A stretch of 64,000 nucleotides of DNA from an uncultured Alphaproteobacteria bacterium (GTDB lineage: Bacteria; Pseudomonadota; Alphaproteobacteria; RF32; CAG-239). Shown piece by piece: positions 1 to 8,828 of the stretch (the first letter of the stretch is position 1; the number at the start of each line of letters is the position of its first letter). The position numbers were made by a program, and so were the translations under genes. Where the stretch lies: contig CALXTN010000002.1 in the NCBI GenBank assembly GCA_944391405.1, positions 23,393-87,392 of the forward strand. The letters run 5' to 3'. The notes beneath the pieces are model-generated. The model worked only from the letters and a program-made list of their open reading frames with translations. It was not told where the DNA came from and did no database searches.

Positions 1-36
1 GGAGATTTATTTGTATAAAAAAGGAATAAAAAAGAA

Positions 37-1728
37 ATGAACGATTTTAAGAAAAAAGGAATATATTTTTTACCACTTGGCGGTGCAGATGAAATCGGTA
101 TGAATATGTTTGTATATGCTGTTGATGGTAAATTAATAGTGGTGGATGCAGGATATGGATTTTTAAATGATGATTTCCCGGGGATGGACATGTGCTATGC
201 CTCGCCAGAATTTTTAGAAAATTATCGAGAAGACATTTTAGGGTTGTTTATAACGCATGGTCATGAAGATCACTTAGGTGCGATTGCGCAAATTTGGCCG
301 ACTTTACAGTGTCCTGTATATGGAACGGATTTTTCATTAGGTCTAGTTAAGGAACGATTGAGTGAATATAAGTTGCAAGATATAGTGCCGCTGGTTTCAG
401 TAAATAAAGAAAGAGTTGTAAAATTAGAACACTTTGAAATCGAGTTTATTCCGATTGCCCACTCCATACCAGAAACATCTGCATTATTCATTAAAACGCC
501 GTATGGCAACATTATGCATGCAACAGATTGGCGCTTTGATGATAATAAGTTATCAATGGTAAAAACGGATTTTGCATCATTAGAAAGCGCCGCTCAAGAG
601 GGAGTAGATATATTTGTTTGCGATTCGACCAATGTCATGGTGGATGAACCTCAAGCAAGTGAAGAGGATGTGCGAGAAAATCTGATAAAAATTATTCCAG
701 AAATGCAAGGAGGAATTGTCGCAACGTGTTTTGCCTCAAACATCATGCGTTTGGAAAGTTTGATTTTAGCGGCAAGAGCTGCCGGAAGAACGCCGATATT
801 AGCGGGCAGAAGTTTGGTGACAAATGTAAAGATAGCCAAACAATGTGGCTATTTAAGTGAATATGGCGACATACATAGCATAGAAGAAGTAGATGGTATC
901 ACATCAGATAAGGCCCTGTATATTTGTACCGGTTCACAAGCAAATTACCGCAGTGCCATGACAATGATAGCCAATGATGAAAACAAATACATTAAATTAG
1001 CCGCGGAAGATAATGTGATATTTTCATCAAAAATCATTCCTGGAAATGAAGATAAGATTGAACGTTTGCAAGAAAAGATTTTAGCCAAAGGTGCAAATTT
1101 AATCACGGAAGAAGATTATTTGGTACATACATCCGGGCATGCATGCAAAAAAGATTTGCAGGCCATGTATGAGTTATTAAATCCCAAGATAGTATTGCCG
1201 GTGCATGGTGATAAAAAATTCATCCGAGAGCATAAAAAATTTGCGAAGAGTTGCGGGGTAGATGATGTGTTCTCTGCGCAGAACGGAGACATGTGCTTAT
1301 ATCATGACCACAAGATAGAAATGATAGAGCAGATAGTTGCGGAAATAATGGGTGTAGACAGAGGCAGAAGTGTATCTCTTGGCTCTGAGTTAGTTAAAAA
1401 TCGTCGCCGGATAATGTTTAATTGCACGTTGTTCATATCGGCAGTCATAAGCAAAGATTTCAAATTAAAATCGCTTCAGTTCAGCTCCATAGATATTTTA
1501 GAAGAAAACGAATGGTTTGTTTTGCATGAAGAGATAATGAAACAAGTAAAACCGTTGATAGAACAAAAATTATCCGAAAAACCAAACCGAAACGCAGCAG
1601 AAGACTTCATTCGCGGACAAATTCGTCGCCGAGTTTTAAGCGCAACGGATATCAAACCGGTGACAACACTTCATGTTCATTGGGAAGAAGATGAAGACAA
1701 GCTAGAAGATATAGAACAAGAACAGTAG
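37..1728 (+). CDS. rnj: Ribonuclease J (metallo-beta-lactamase / beta-CASP RNase)
   Basis: 563-aa ORF. MBL motif ITHGHEDHLG and overall RNase J layout. AAGGA Shine-Dalgarno upstream. Confidence 0.85.
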   Translation: MNDFKKKGIYFLPLGGADEIGMNMFVYAVDGKLIVVDAGYGFLNDDFPGMDMCYASPEFLENYREDILGLFITHGHEDHLGAIAQIWPTLQCPVYGTDFSLGLVKERLSEYKLQDIVPLVSVNKERVVKLEHFEIEFIPIAHSIPETSALFIKTPYGNIMHATDWRFDDNKLSMVKTDFASLESAAQEGVDIFVCDSTNVMVDEPQASEEDVRENLIKIIPEMQGGIVATCFASNIMRLESLILAARAAGRTPILAGRSLVTNVKIAKQCGYLSEYGDIHSIEEVDGITSDKALYICTGSQANYRSAMTMIANDENKYIKLAAEDNVIFSSKIIPGNEDKIERLQEKILAKGANLITEEDYLVHTSGHACKKDLQAMYELLNPKIVLPVHGDKKFIREHKKFAKSCGVDDVFSAQNGDMCLYHDHKIEMIEQIVAEIMGVDRGRSVSLGSELVKNRRRIMFNCTLFISAVISKDFKLKSLQFSSIDILEENEWFVLHEEIMKQVKPLIEQKLSEKPNRNAAEDFIRGQIRRRVLSATDIKPVTTLHVHWEEDEDKLEDIEQEQ

Positions 1729-1743
1729 AAGAAAGGGAGAGAA

Positions 1744-2724
1744 ATGGAAAAGATTATACCAAACAGACTACAAAAAGGCGATAAAGTTATGGTTATTGCA
1801 CCGGCAAGAGGTGTGAAGATAATAGGCCATGATGTAAGAGAAATCGCCAAAGAACGCTTAGAAAGTTTAGGCTTGGAAGTTGTGTTTGCTCCAAATGCGA
1901 TTGATGAAAACTGGGATTACATGGGATCGAGCTCAATAGAAAAAAGAGTATCGGATATCCATACGGCATTTGCCGATAAAAGCGTAAAAGGAATAATGAC
2001 GATAATTGGCGGCGCTAATTCAAACCAACTGCTAAAGTATTTGGATTATGATTTAATTCGGCAAAATCCAAAAGTTTTTTGTGGCTTTTCAGATATTACG
2101 GCGTTGGAAAATGCGATATTGGCAAAAACGGGGATGATTACATACTATGGTCCGCATTTTAGTTCATTAGGTATGAAAAAAGGTTGCGATTATACCTTTG
2201 AACATTTTATCAAAATGCTGATAGAAGATGGTAAAGATGATATAGAGCCATCCCAAATCTGGAGTGATGACTTATGGTTCCTAGACCAAGAAAAACGTGA
2301 GTTTGAGGCAAATGAAGGCTATTGGAATATTCACGAGGGAGTGACAGAAGGAACCATTATCGGAGGAAATTTAGGAACATATAATTTACTTTTAGGCACA
2401 TCTTTCCGTCCGAAATTTGAAAAAGATACCATATTGTTTATAGAAGACACAGAAGGAAGTTCATTGGCGGATTTTGAACGTAATTTACAAGCTCTGATTT
2501 ATCAAGATGACTTTGTAAATGTAAAAGGTATCGTTATCGGTCGTTTCCAAAAAGGTTCAAAAGTAACCAGAGAAGGGCTGGAGTTTATCTTAAATACCAA
2601 AGAAGAATTAAAAAATTTGCCGATTTTAGCAAATGTAGACTTTGGACACTCCGCGCCATTGTTAACCATCCCCTTGGGTGGATATGCAAAGTTAGAAAAC
2701 GGCCACTTGTCTTATCATAATTAA
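1744..2724 (+). CDS. LD-carboxypeptidase, peptidase S66 family (LdcA/MccF-like)
   Basis: 326 aa. Ser-nucleophile motif CGFSDITAL, plus later FIEDTEG and DFGHSAP consistent with a Ser-Glu-His triad. Confidence 0.75.
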   Translation: MEKIIPNRLQKGDKVMVIAPARGVKIIGHDVREIAKERLESLGLEVVFAPNAIDENWDYMGSSSIEKRVSDIHTAFADKSVKGIMTIIGGANSNQLLKYLDYDLIRQNPKVFCGFSDITALENAILAKTGMITYYGPHFSSLGMKKGCDYTFEHFIKMLIEDGKDDIEPSQIWSDDLWFLDQEKREFEANEGYWNIHEGVTEGTIIGGNLGTYNLLLGTSFRPKFEKDTILFIEDTEGSSLADFERNLQALIYQDDFVNVKGIVIGRFQKGSKVTREGLEFILNTKEELKNLPILANVDFGHSAPLLTIPLGGYAKLENGHLSYHN

Positions 2725-2736
2725 AGGTCTCAAGTT

Positions 2737-2768
2737 AAAAGGCTGACAATTAGTCAGCCTTTTATTTT
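2737..2768. terminator. Bidirectional intrinsic terminator between convergent genes
   Basis: Perfect 11-bp stem AAAAGGCTGAC / GTCAGCCTTTT with a 5-nt loop, A-run before and T-run after. Confidence 0.8.
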
Positions 2769-2797
2769 ACCCAGAAATATGTTTATAAAGTTTCAAA

Positions 2798-3790
2798 TTA
2801 TTTCTGCTTTTTCTGCATAAGATCAAATATTTCAGAAAATTTAAGTGCTTGAGATTCAGAATTCCATTGTTGAGAAATTTGCACCAAATTCTGTCTGATC
2901 TGCATAATAAATTGAGGAATATTCTCCATTTGGGTTAATAAATCAATAAATTCCTTTTCATCGTGATAAAGCGGCAGAGCGTCTCCGAAAATTTTATAAA
3001 TTCCGCTATTAAAACGAAGAAGAGGAGCTCCGCCGTTTTCAATAATTTCTATAATCTTAGCATTAACAATTTCATCACGAATATCATCATCACTTTGATC
3101 AGTTAAAACAACGGAATAGCGAGAAAAATCATCTAAAGAAGGATTATCCGCTTTAATTTCATCTTTAGGCCACAGATTAGCAAAACCTTTTCCATAGACA
3201 TCTATACTATGCTCTTGCCGTCCAGCCAGATAAAGAGATAAAGAAAAACCTGTATTATCACCATAAAACATAGACTTTCCATTGGGCTGACGTACTGATA
3301 ATGGCTTAATATTAAAGGCATCGGGAATAAAAGCCGTGCGAACATTGATAGCTTTTAAGTGGTTAAAAGACATCATACTCTTAACCACAATAACGTCAAA
3401 AGCTCGAAGAGGTGTAACATCATCATCTTGTCGCACAACCGGAAGCCATAAAACATTAATGGCATTAGCATCAATAACCTTAGGAAGATTATCTAAATTT
3501 TCAGCAATATAAAGATTGAAGTTTCCGCTTTTAGGATTTTGCATATCCGAGAAGATAACCTCTTTACCAATTTTTTGAAAAGCTTTTTGCAGTTTGATAT
3601 TTTGCCGATAGAGTTGCGACATTGGAGATGCGTTAACATTGATATAAATTTGAGATAAATTATCTGTTTTTTGTATAGACGCCGTATCTTCCATGGTAGA
3701 AGCCGTTACTTTTTCCAAAACTTTAGAATATGAGAGTAATAAAGCACCACCGAAAAGCACCGCTAAGTAAAGTAAGAGATATTTTTTCAT
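2798..3790 (-). CDS. Signal-anchored protein, degenerate copy of the CgeB-like module encoded upstream
   Basis: 330 aa. N-terminal hydrophobic anchor MKKYLLLYLAVLFGGALLL. Collinear weak similarity to each half of the 668-aa neighbour (FDVIVVKS..AFIPDAFN, DVYGKGF...). Start overlaps the upstream stop (TAATG). Confidence 0.5.
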   Translation of the reverse strand: MKKYLLLYLAVLFGGALLLSYSKVLEKVTASTMEDTASIQKTDNLSQIYINVNASPMSQLYRQNIKLQKAFQKIGKEVIFSDMQNPKSGNFNLYIAENLDNLPKVIDANAINVLWLPVVRQDDDVTPLRAFDVIVVKSMMSFNHLKAINVRTAFIPDAFNIKPLSVRQPNGKSMFYGDNTGFSLSLYLAGRQEHSIDVYGKGFANLWPKDEIKADNPSLDDFSRYSVVLTDQSDDDIRDEIVNAKIIEIIENGGAPLLRFNSGIYKIFGDALPLYHDEKEFIDLLTQMENIPQFIMQIRQNLVQISQQWNSESQALKFSEIFDLMQKKQK

Positions 3791-5796
3791 TATTTGTTTC
3801 TCCCCACAGTTTCAAAAAGTTGTTTAAGTTGTTTTCCGACAGCAACATTTGTAAAATGTTGTAGAGTAATATTTTGTGCTTGCTTAGCCTTTTGTTGGCG
3901 CTCATCAGGATGAGCCAGATAATAATCAACAAGTTGTTTAAACTCATCTTTATTTTTATACATAGGAATAGAATTTCCAAAGATTTTTTCGATGTAAGGA
4001 CTATATTCCGAAATAATAAAAGCCCCGACAGCAGAAGCATCATATAACCTATTAATAACCACCCCCATTTCTGCCAGATCATCAGGATGATCACTCAAAA
4101 CAATTTTTGCAGAAGAATAATATCTATGAAGTTCATTATTATCAATATATTCGCCTTTAATATATTTATCGGAAATTTTTCCATCCCACATCAATCCATA
4201 AACAGAAATATCATAACCGTTTTCTATAGCATAAGTGACACTAATCCGTTCATACCATGGAGAACCAACAAAAAGTAATTCTGATTTAACATTTTCATCA
4301 TATTCATATTTAAATTTTTCGGGATTAGTAAATTGTGGAACAAAAACTGCTTTGTGACCTTTTTTCTTAAGTTCAGGAACAAGAGCCGCCGCCGGAGTGG
4401 CAATTAAATCAAAAAACTGTAATTGATCATTAAGAGAGACGTCTGTATTATATTTAAGTTCATCGCGTGTGTTTTTAAATTTTGCTGTATCAGGAATTTC
4501 CGTAGGGAAGTACAGATACATAATTTTGTTTTTATTTTCATCTTCAAAATCAGTACGATTATACTTAAACTGCATATAGAGGAGATTACCGGCTTTATTG
4601 TAAAAATCATCTGGATAAAATTGCCGATTAAAATAATAAGTTCTGGTATCAAAACTATTCTTCTTTAAACCATCCTCTAAATCAAGTTCTAACCAATATT
4701 CTCCGACGTTATGGGCATCTGCCGGCCACGGACTTTTGATAGCCAATTTGGAATAATCAAGATTAGAAGATGCGGAGTTGTTTATAGAGCGAAATTCATC
4801 TACAGCATCCATAATTTTCTGTGCTGCCAAATCAGACGTAAAGTGAGTTAATGTGATTTTCTGAGCTTCTTTAGCTTTTTTAGCGCGTTCTTCAGGGTGA
4901 GTCAGATAATAATCAATAAGCATCTTTAACTCTTCCTTAGACTTAAACATCGGGATAGTATTCCCATAAAATTGTTCAATCTCGGGCATATAATCAGAAA
5001 TCAAAAAACCACCACTAGCCGTAACATCAAATACTCGATTGCTAATAAAACCAGCACGCCTCATATCTTCTCTGGTATCGTTTAAGACAATTTTAGCGGA
5101 AGCATAATATTTATGGAGTTCTGCATTATCAATATACGTACCTTTGACCATTTCTTTTGGGGCTTGATTTTCCCATCCTTCTCCAAATAGGGCCACATCA
5201 AATCCCGCATCTATAGCCCACTTGGCGCTAATACGCTCATATCCGGGACGTCCCACAAATAGAATGTCATAAGCTGTATTTTCATCGTATTCATAATAGA
5301 ATTTATGAGGATTAGTAAATTGCGGAACAAAGATAGTTTTTATACCAAGTTTTTCAATTTCCTTTTGATAAGTAGGCGACGCAACAGCAATTAACTGAAA
5401 GTCCCAAAGTTCGGTTTGCAAAGACATCCACTCCGGTTCGGAAATATTTTTAAGATTGTTGAATTTTTGCGTATTAGCAGTTTCCAACGGATAGTAGAGA
5501 TACATAACATTAATTTTGTTGTCGTTTAGAGGTGGATTAAAAGGAATAAAACCATGCATATAGACATCAATTTTTGTATCAGAATCATCTTGAGGATAAA
5601 AATTTTCCATATAGGCGGGCGCAACAGAATATCCAAGATTTTCAAATCCGTTTTTTAAATCTTGTCCTAAAATATAGTCGCCCAAAGAGAGCCAATTTTG
5701 ACCAGCTGAAATTTTAAGCCCAATATCAGCGGCATTTGCAGATAGAGCAAACGACAGAGAAAATAGGGAAATAAACAGCCGGTTAAATATAGACAT
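3790..5796 (-). CDS. Secreted tandem-duplicated CgeB-like (Glyco_trans_1_2-type) glycosyltransferase-fold protein
   Basis: 668 aa. Sec signal MSIFNRLFISLFSLSFALSANA|AD. Two ~320-aa halves share FVPQFTNP.KF.YEYDEN, YY.SAKIVL.D and YYL.HP.ER..KAK.AQ.ITL.HFT. Confidence 0.6.
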   Translation of the reverse strand: MSIFNRLFISLFSLSFALSANAADIGLKISAGQNWLSLGDYILGQDLKNGFENLGYSVAPAYMENFYPQDDSDTKIDVYMHGFIPFNPPLNDNKINVMYLYYPLETANTQKFNNLKNISEPEWMSLQTELWDFQLIAVASPTYQKEIEKLGIKTIFVPQFTNPHKFYYEYDENTAYDILFVGRPGYERISAKWAIDAGFDVALFGEGWENQAPKEMVKGTYIDNAELHKYYASAKIVLNDTREDMRRAGFISNRVFDVTASGGFLISDYMPEIEQFYGNTIPMFKSKEELKMLIDYYLTHPEERAKKAKEAQKITLTHFTSDLAAQKIMDAVDEFRSINNSASSNLDYSKLAIKSPWPADAHNVGEYWLELDLEDGLKKNSFDTRTYYFNRQFYPDDFYNKAGNLLYMQFKYNRTDFEDENKNKIMYLYFPTEIPDTAKFKNTRDELKYNTDVSLNDQLQFFDLIATPAAALVPELKKKGHKAVFVPQFTNPEKFKYEYDENVKSELLFVGSPWYERISVTYAIENGYDISVYGLMWDGKISDKYIKGEYIDNNELHRYYSSAKIVLSDHPDDLAEMGVVINRLYDASAVGAFIISEYSPYIEKIFGNSIPMYKNKDEFKQLVDYYLAHPDERQQKAKQAQNITLQHFTNVAVGKQLKQLFETVGRNK

Positions 5797-5798
5797 TT

Positions 5799-7178
5799 TT
5801 AAGCCTTTTCATCACTGACGTGCATAAGCGAATGTTCTGCATGCACGTTATACTTAAAGATTTTATAAATAAAATACAAACCGATAGGAATAAAGATCAA
5901 CGCGTAAATCCAGAAAATATCAATAACACGGATACCGGTAGCTTCGCCTTCATGTTCCAGCAAAAACTTTGGAGCCATCAACATAATAGAGGTCATAAGT
6001 CTCCCCGTCATCATATTAACAGAAGATGAAAGAGAACGAATTTTCGGATTGATTAAGCGGTGAAGCCGGCTGATATGCGTGATAGTAAACATAAGTTGTA
6101 AACCGATACAAACGCATAAAAAGATAATAAAGAGCAAACAATTAAGCGGAGAGATATGTCCCATTTTCATCAAGAAGAAAGAGAGTGCGCATCCGATAAT
6201 TTCCATAACAAAAGAGATATTACCAAGATTGAATAAAGAAATGCGTTTTGCCATAGCTGCAGCAAAATAACTAAACGATGAGCGAATGAGGTTATTAATA
6301 AAAATAACCACACCCATAACTTTAATATAGTCGAGCCAATTTAAGCTGATAAGATAATTCCAAACCATTTCTCCGAACACACGAGCATCCCATCCGATTG
6401 ACGCAGATAAATCCGTAAGAGAAACAGAAGGATCAATGCCGGAACTTTTCATAAGCGGTTGAAAACTCCAGAAGAAGAAGTGTGATACGCCGACCATAAA
6501 GCCGGAAAATAAGACTAAATAGCAATATTTACGAGATTTAATAATATAACGAACAGCAACCCAAAATCTTTTTAATCTGTCTTTAAGAGAGATAACCAAG
6601 TTGTTAGCTGGCTGATGAGCGTTAGGAAGGAGCGAGAGCAATAAAATAGCGGTAGAATAAATTACAAATTCCGCAATTAACAAAACATGGGAGCCGAGTT
6701 TTTCATAAAGTCCTGCACCAAGTAGAGCGGCGATTCCCGTTCCGATATACATCGCAGCGTTAAAGTTAGAATAAGCCTTAACCATTTTATTTTCTTCTTT
6801 ATTATGCTTTAGAATATCATAGATAAACGAAGAAGAAACTGAATCAAAACAAGCCTTAGAACAAGCGTATAAGAATTCACCGATAAGAATAATTTCAAAT
6901 CCGCGGAAGAAAATCCACAAAAATAGTCGTCCGAGAAAGAGAGAGTATGCGGTAATTAAGATATATTTTCTAGGAAAAATATCTCCAAGATAACCAGCCG
7001 GAATTTCAAACAAAAAGGCAAAAAAGACAATTAAACCTTGGATAAGATAAAAGTCTCCGACAGTTAGCCCGTTTTCTTGATAAAAGAACAGTAAAACCGG
7101 CAACAAAAATAATTGCGAACGTAAAAAAGCCGCCACATTATACATGCTCAACGGAACAAAAGATAAATATTTACTCAT
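5799..7178 (-). CDS. MFS-type transporter
   Basis: 459 aa and polytopic. N-terminal MFS-like motif FEIPAGYLGDIFPRK. First gene of the minus-strand operon with the two CgeB-like genes. Confidence 0.7.
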   Translation of the reverse strand: MSKYLSFVPLSMYNVAAFLRSQLFLLPVLLFFYQENGLTVGDFYLIQGLIVFFAFLFEIPAGYLGDIFPRKYILITAYSLFLGRLFLWIFFRGFEIILIGEFLYACSKACFDSVSSSFIYDILKHNKEENKMVKAYSNFNAAMYIGTGIAALLGAGLYEKLGSHVLLIAEFVIYSTAILLLSLLPNAHQPANNLVISLKDRLKRFWVAVRYIIKSRKYCYLVLFSGFMVGVSHFFFWSFQPLMKSSGIDPSVSLTDLSASIGWDARVFGEMVWNYLISLNWLDYIKVMGVVIFINNLIRSSFSYFAAAMAKRISLFNLGNISFVMEIIGCALSFFLMKMGHISPLNCLLFIIFLCVCIGLQLMFTITHISRLHRLINPKIRSLSSSVNMMTGRLMTSIMLMAPKFLLEHEGEATGIRVIDIFWIYALIFIPIGLYFIYKIFKYNVHAEHSLMHVSDEKA

Positions 7179-7329
7179 AAAACTTCACTCTTTCTTTTTT
7201 AAAGCATTCCCAAAATTCCATAAATTCTTGCATGGAAATAATATGGAATAAGTGTACTTATTTGTCTTGTGTTATAGAATAGTTGTTATAGTATAGGAAT
7301 AAAGTTAATATAATTTTAAGGTAAGGACT

Positions 7330-7776
7330 ATGGAAAAAGGTAATTACACACAGGAAGATAAAGAATTTATGTGCTTAACTAACCAAACACGTAATCCGTC
7401 ACGAATGATTGAGTTAGTTAATTTCATTAAGCTAAATGGGTATAAAAAAATTGGTATCGCTTCGTGCTTTTCAGTAAAAGATTTTGCAGCCAAATTAAAA
7501 GAAAAGCTTGAAAAAGAAGGTGTAAATGCAATTATTGTAAATTGTAAAGAGTCTGGATTGGATGCTTCAGAGTTATCTTCTGAGTTATCCGGAGCATCTT
7601 GCGATCCAAAATCACAAGCTCAATACTTGAATAAAGAAAAAACAGATTTCAATATTAATTTTGGTCTGTGCTTAGGTCACGGAATTTTATTTCAAAAATA
7701 TTCTGAGGCACCTGTTACAACTTTGTTGGTAAAAGATGCCTGTCATCAGCATAATATTATGGAAAATTTTGCGTAA
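7330..7776 (+). CDS. DUF1847 family Cys-rich (putative metal-binding) protein
   Basis: 148 aa. KKIGIASCF, NCKESG, SCDPKSQAQYLN and GLCLGHGILFQKYSEAPVTTLLVKD match my memory of the DUF1847 consensus. Confidence 0.65.
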   Translation: MEKGNYTQEDKEFMCLTNQTRNPSRMIELVNFIKLNGYKKIGIASCFSVKDFAAKLKEKLEKEGVNAIIVNCKESGLDASELSSELSGASCDPKSQAQYLNKEKTDFNINFGLCLGHGILFQKYSEAPVTTLLVKDACHQHNIMENFA

Positions 7777-7779
7777 AAC

Positions 7780-8817
7780 ATGAAAAAAGTGAGTTTATTT
7801 ATAGGGATAATGTTGCTGGTCGGAGTAGGGTTGTACGCTGGCTATAAGGAGCTATATCCCTATAAATATAAACTAAGCATCACGGCAATAATGAAAAACG
7901 AAAAGCCATATCTGAAAGAGTGGTTGGAATATCATATTTTACAAGGGGTTGAACATTTTTACCTATGCGATAACGAAAGTACGGACGGTAGCCATAAGTA
8001 TTTACAGCCATATATAGAAAACGGGCTTATAACATATATTTCGATGATAGGGAAAAATCAGCAGTTGATATGTTATGATAAAGTAGTCAAAGAGCACGGA
8101 AACGAGAGCCAGTGGATGGCGTTTATTGATTTAGACGAATTTCTGGTACCGCTTCAAGCAGATAATATGGTTGATTTTTTACAAGAATTTACAGATGCAA
8201 ATGAAGTCAGCCTTCATTGGATGAATTATGGGGATAATGGTTTGTTTAAGCGTGAAAGCGGTTTGGTAACCGAGGCATTTACGGCACATGGAGCAAAATT
8301 GAATCACACCGTAAAGTCCATTGTGCGTCCGAATGCTGTAATAGATTTTAAGGCCTTTGGCGCAAATCATTATGTGCCGGTAAAAGGTAAAAGCCTTAAT
8401 GAATATCACAAACCCGTCAGCTATATGCTAAGTTTTAATATCTCGGGGGATAAGGCGAGGGTAAATCACTATATAACCAAATCATTTGCCGAGTTCATAA
8501 ATAAGAAAAAGCGCGGGCATCCGGAAGGAACGGTCATAGATTATAAATATTATTTCTTTCATAATGAAAATGAGGTAAAGAATGATGGTAGTATGAGCCG
8601 TTTCCTACCACAATTGAAAAAGCGCATGGAAAAAAGTCCTTTAACAGACGTCAATGTGCCGCAAAGTGAAGAATTGCCGGAAACATTTGCCGATTTTTAT
8701 TTTACTCCCGAAGAAGCCAGTCAGATATTGAGAAGAGAAGTAACAGAACCGCTTAGTTTTTATGAAGTAGAGCAAACATATAAAGAAAATCAATATCCGT
8801 CATACATCAAAAAATAA
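7780..8817 (+). CDS. N-terminally anchored glycosyltransferase, GT92-like (DUF23-type)
   Basis: 345 aa. TM helix VSLFIGIMLLVGVGLYAG, then ITAIMKNEKPYLKEWLEYHILQGVEHFYLCDNESTDGS and FIDLDEF (DxD-like). Confidence 0.6.
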   Translation: MKKVSLFIGIMLLVGVGLYAGYKELYPYKYKLSITAIMKNEKPYLKEWLEYHILQGVEHFYLCDNESTDGSHKYLQPYIENGLITYISMIGKNQQLICYDKVVKEHGNESQWMAFIDLDEFLVPLQADNMVDFLQEFTDANEVSLHWMNYGDNGLFKRESGLVTEAFTAHGAKLNHTVKSIVRPNAVIDFKAFGANHYVPVKGKSLNEYHKPVSYMLSFNISGDKARVNHYITKSFAEFINKKKRGHPEGTVIDYKYYFFHNENEVKNDGSMSRFLPQLKKRMEKSPLTDVNVPQSEELPETFADFYFTPEEASQILRREVTEPLSFYEVEQTYKENQYPSYIKK

Positions 8818-8828
8818 AAAGGAAAGAA

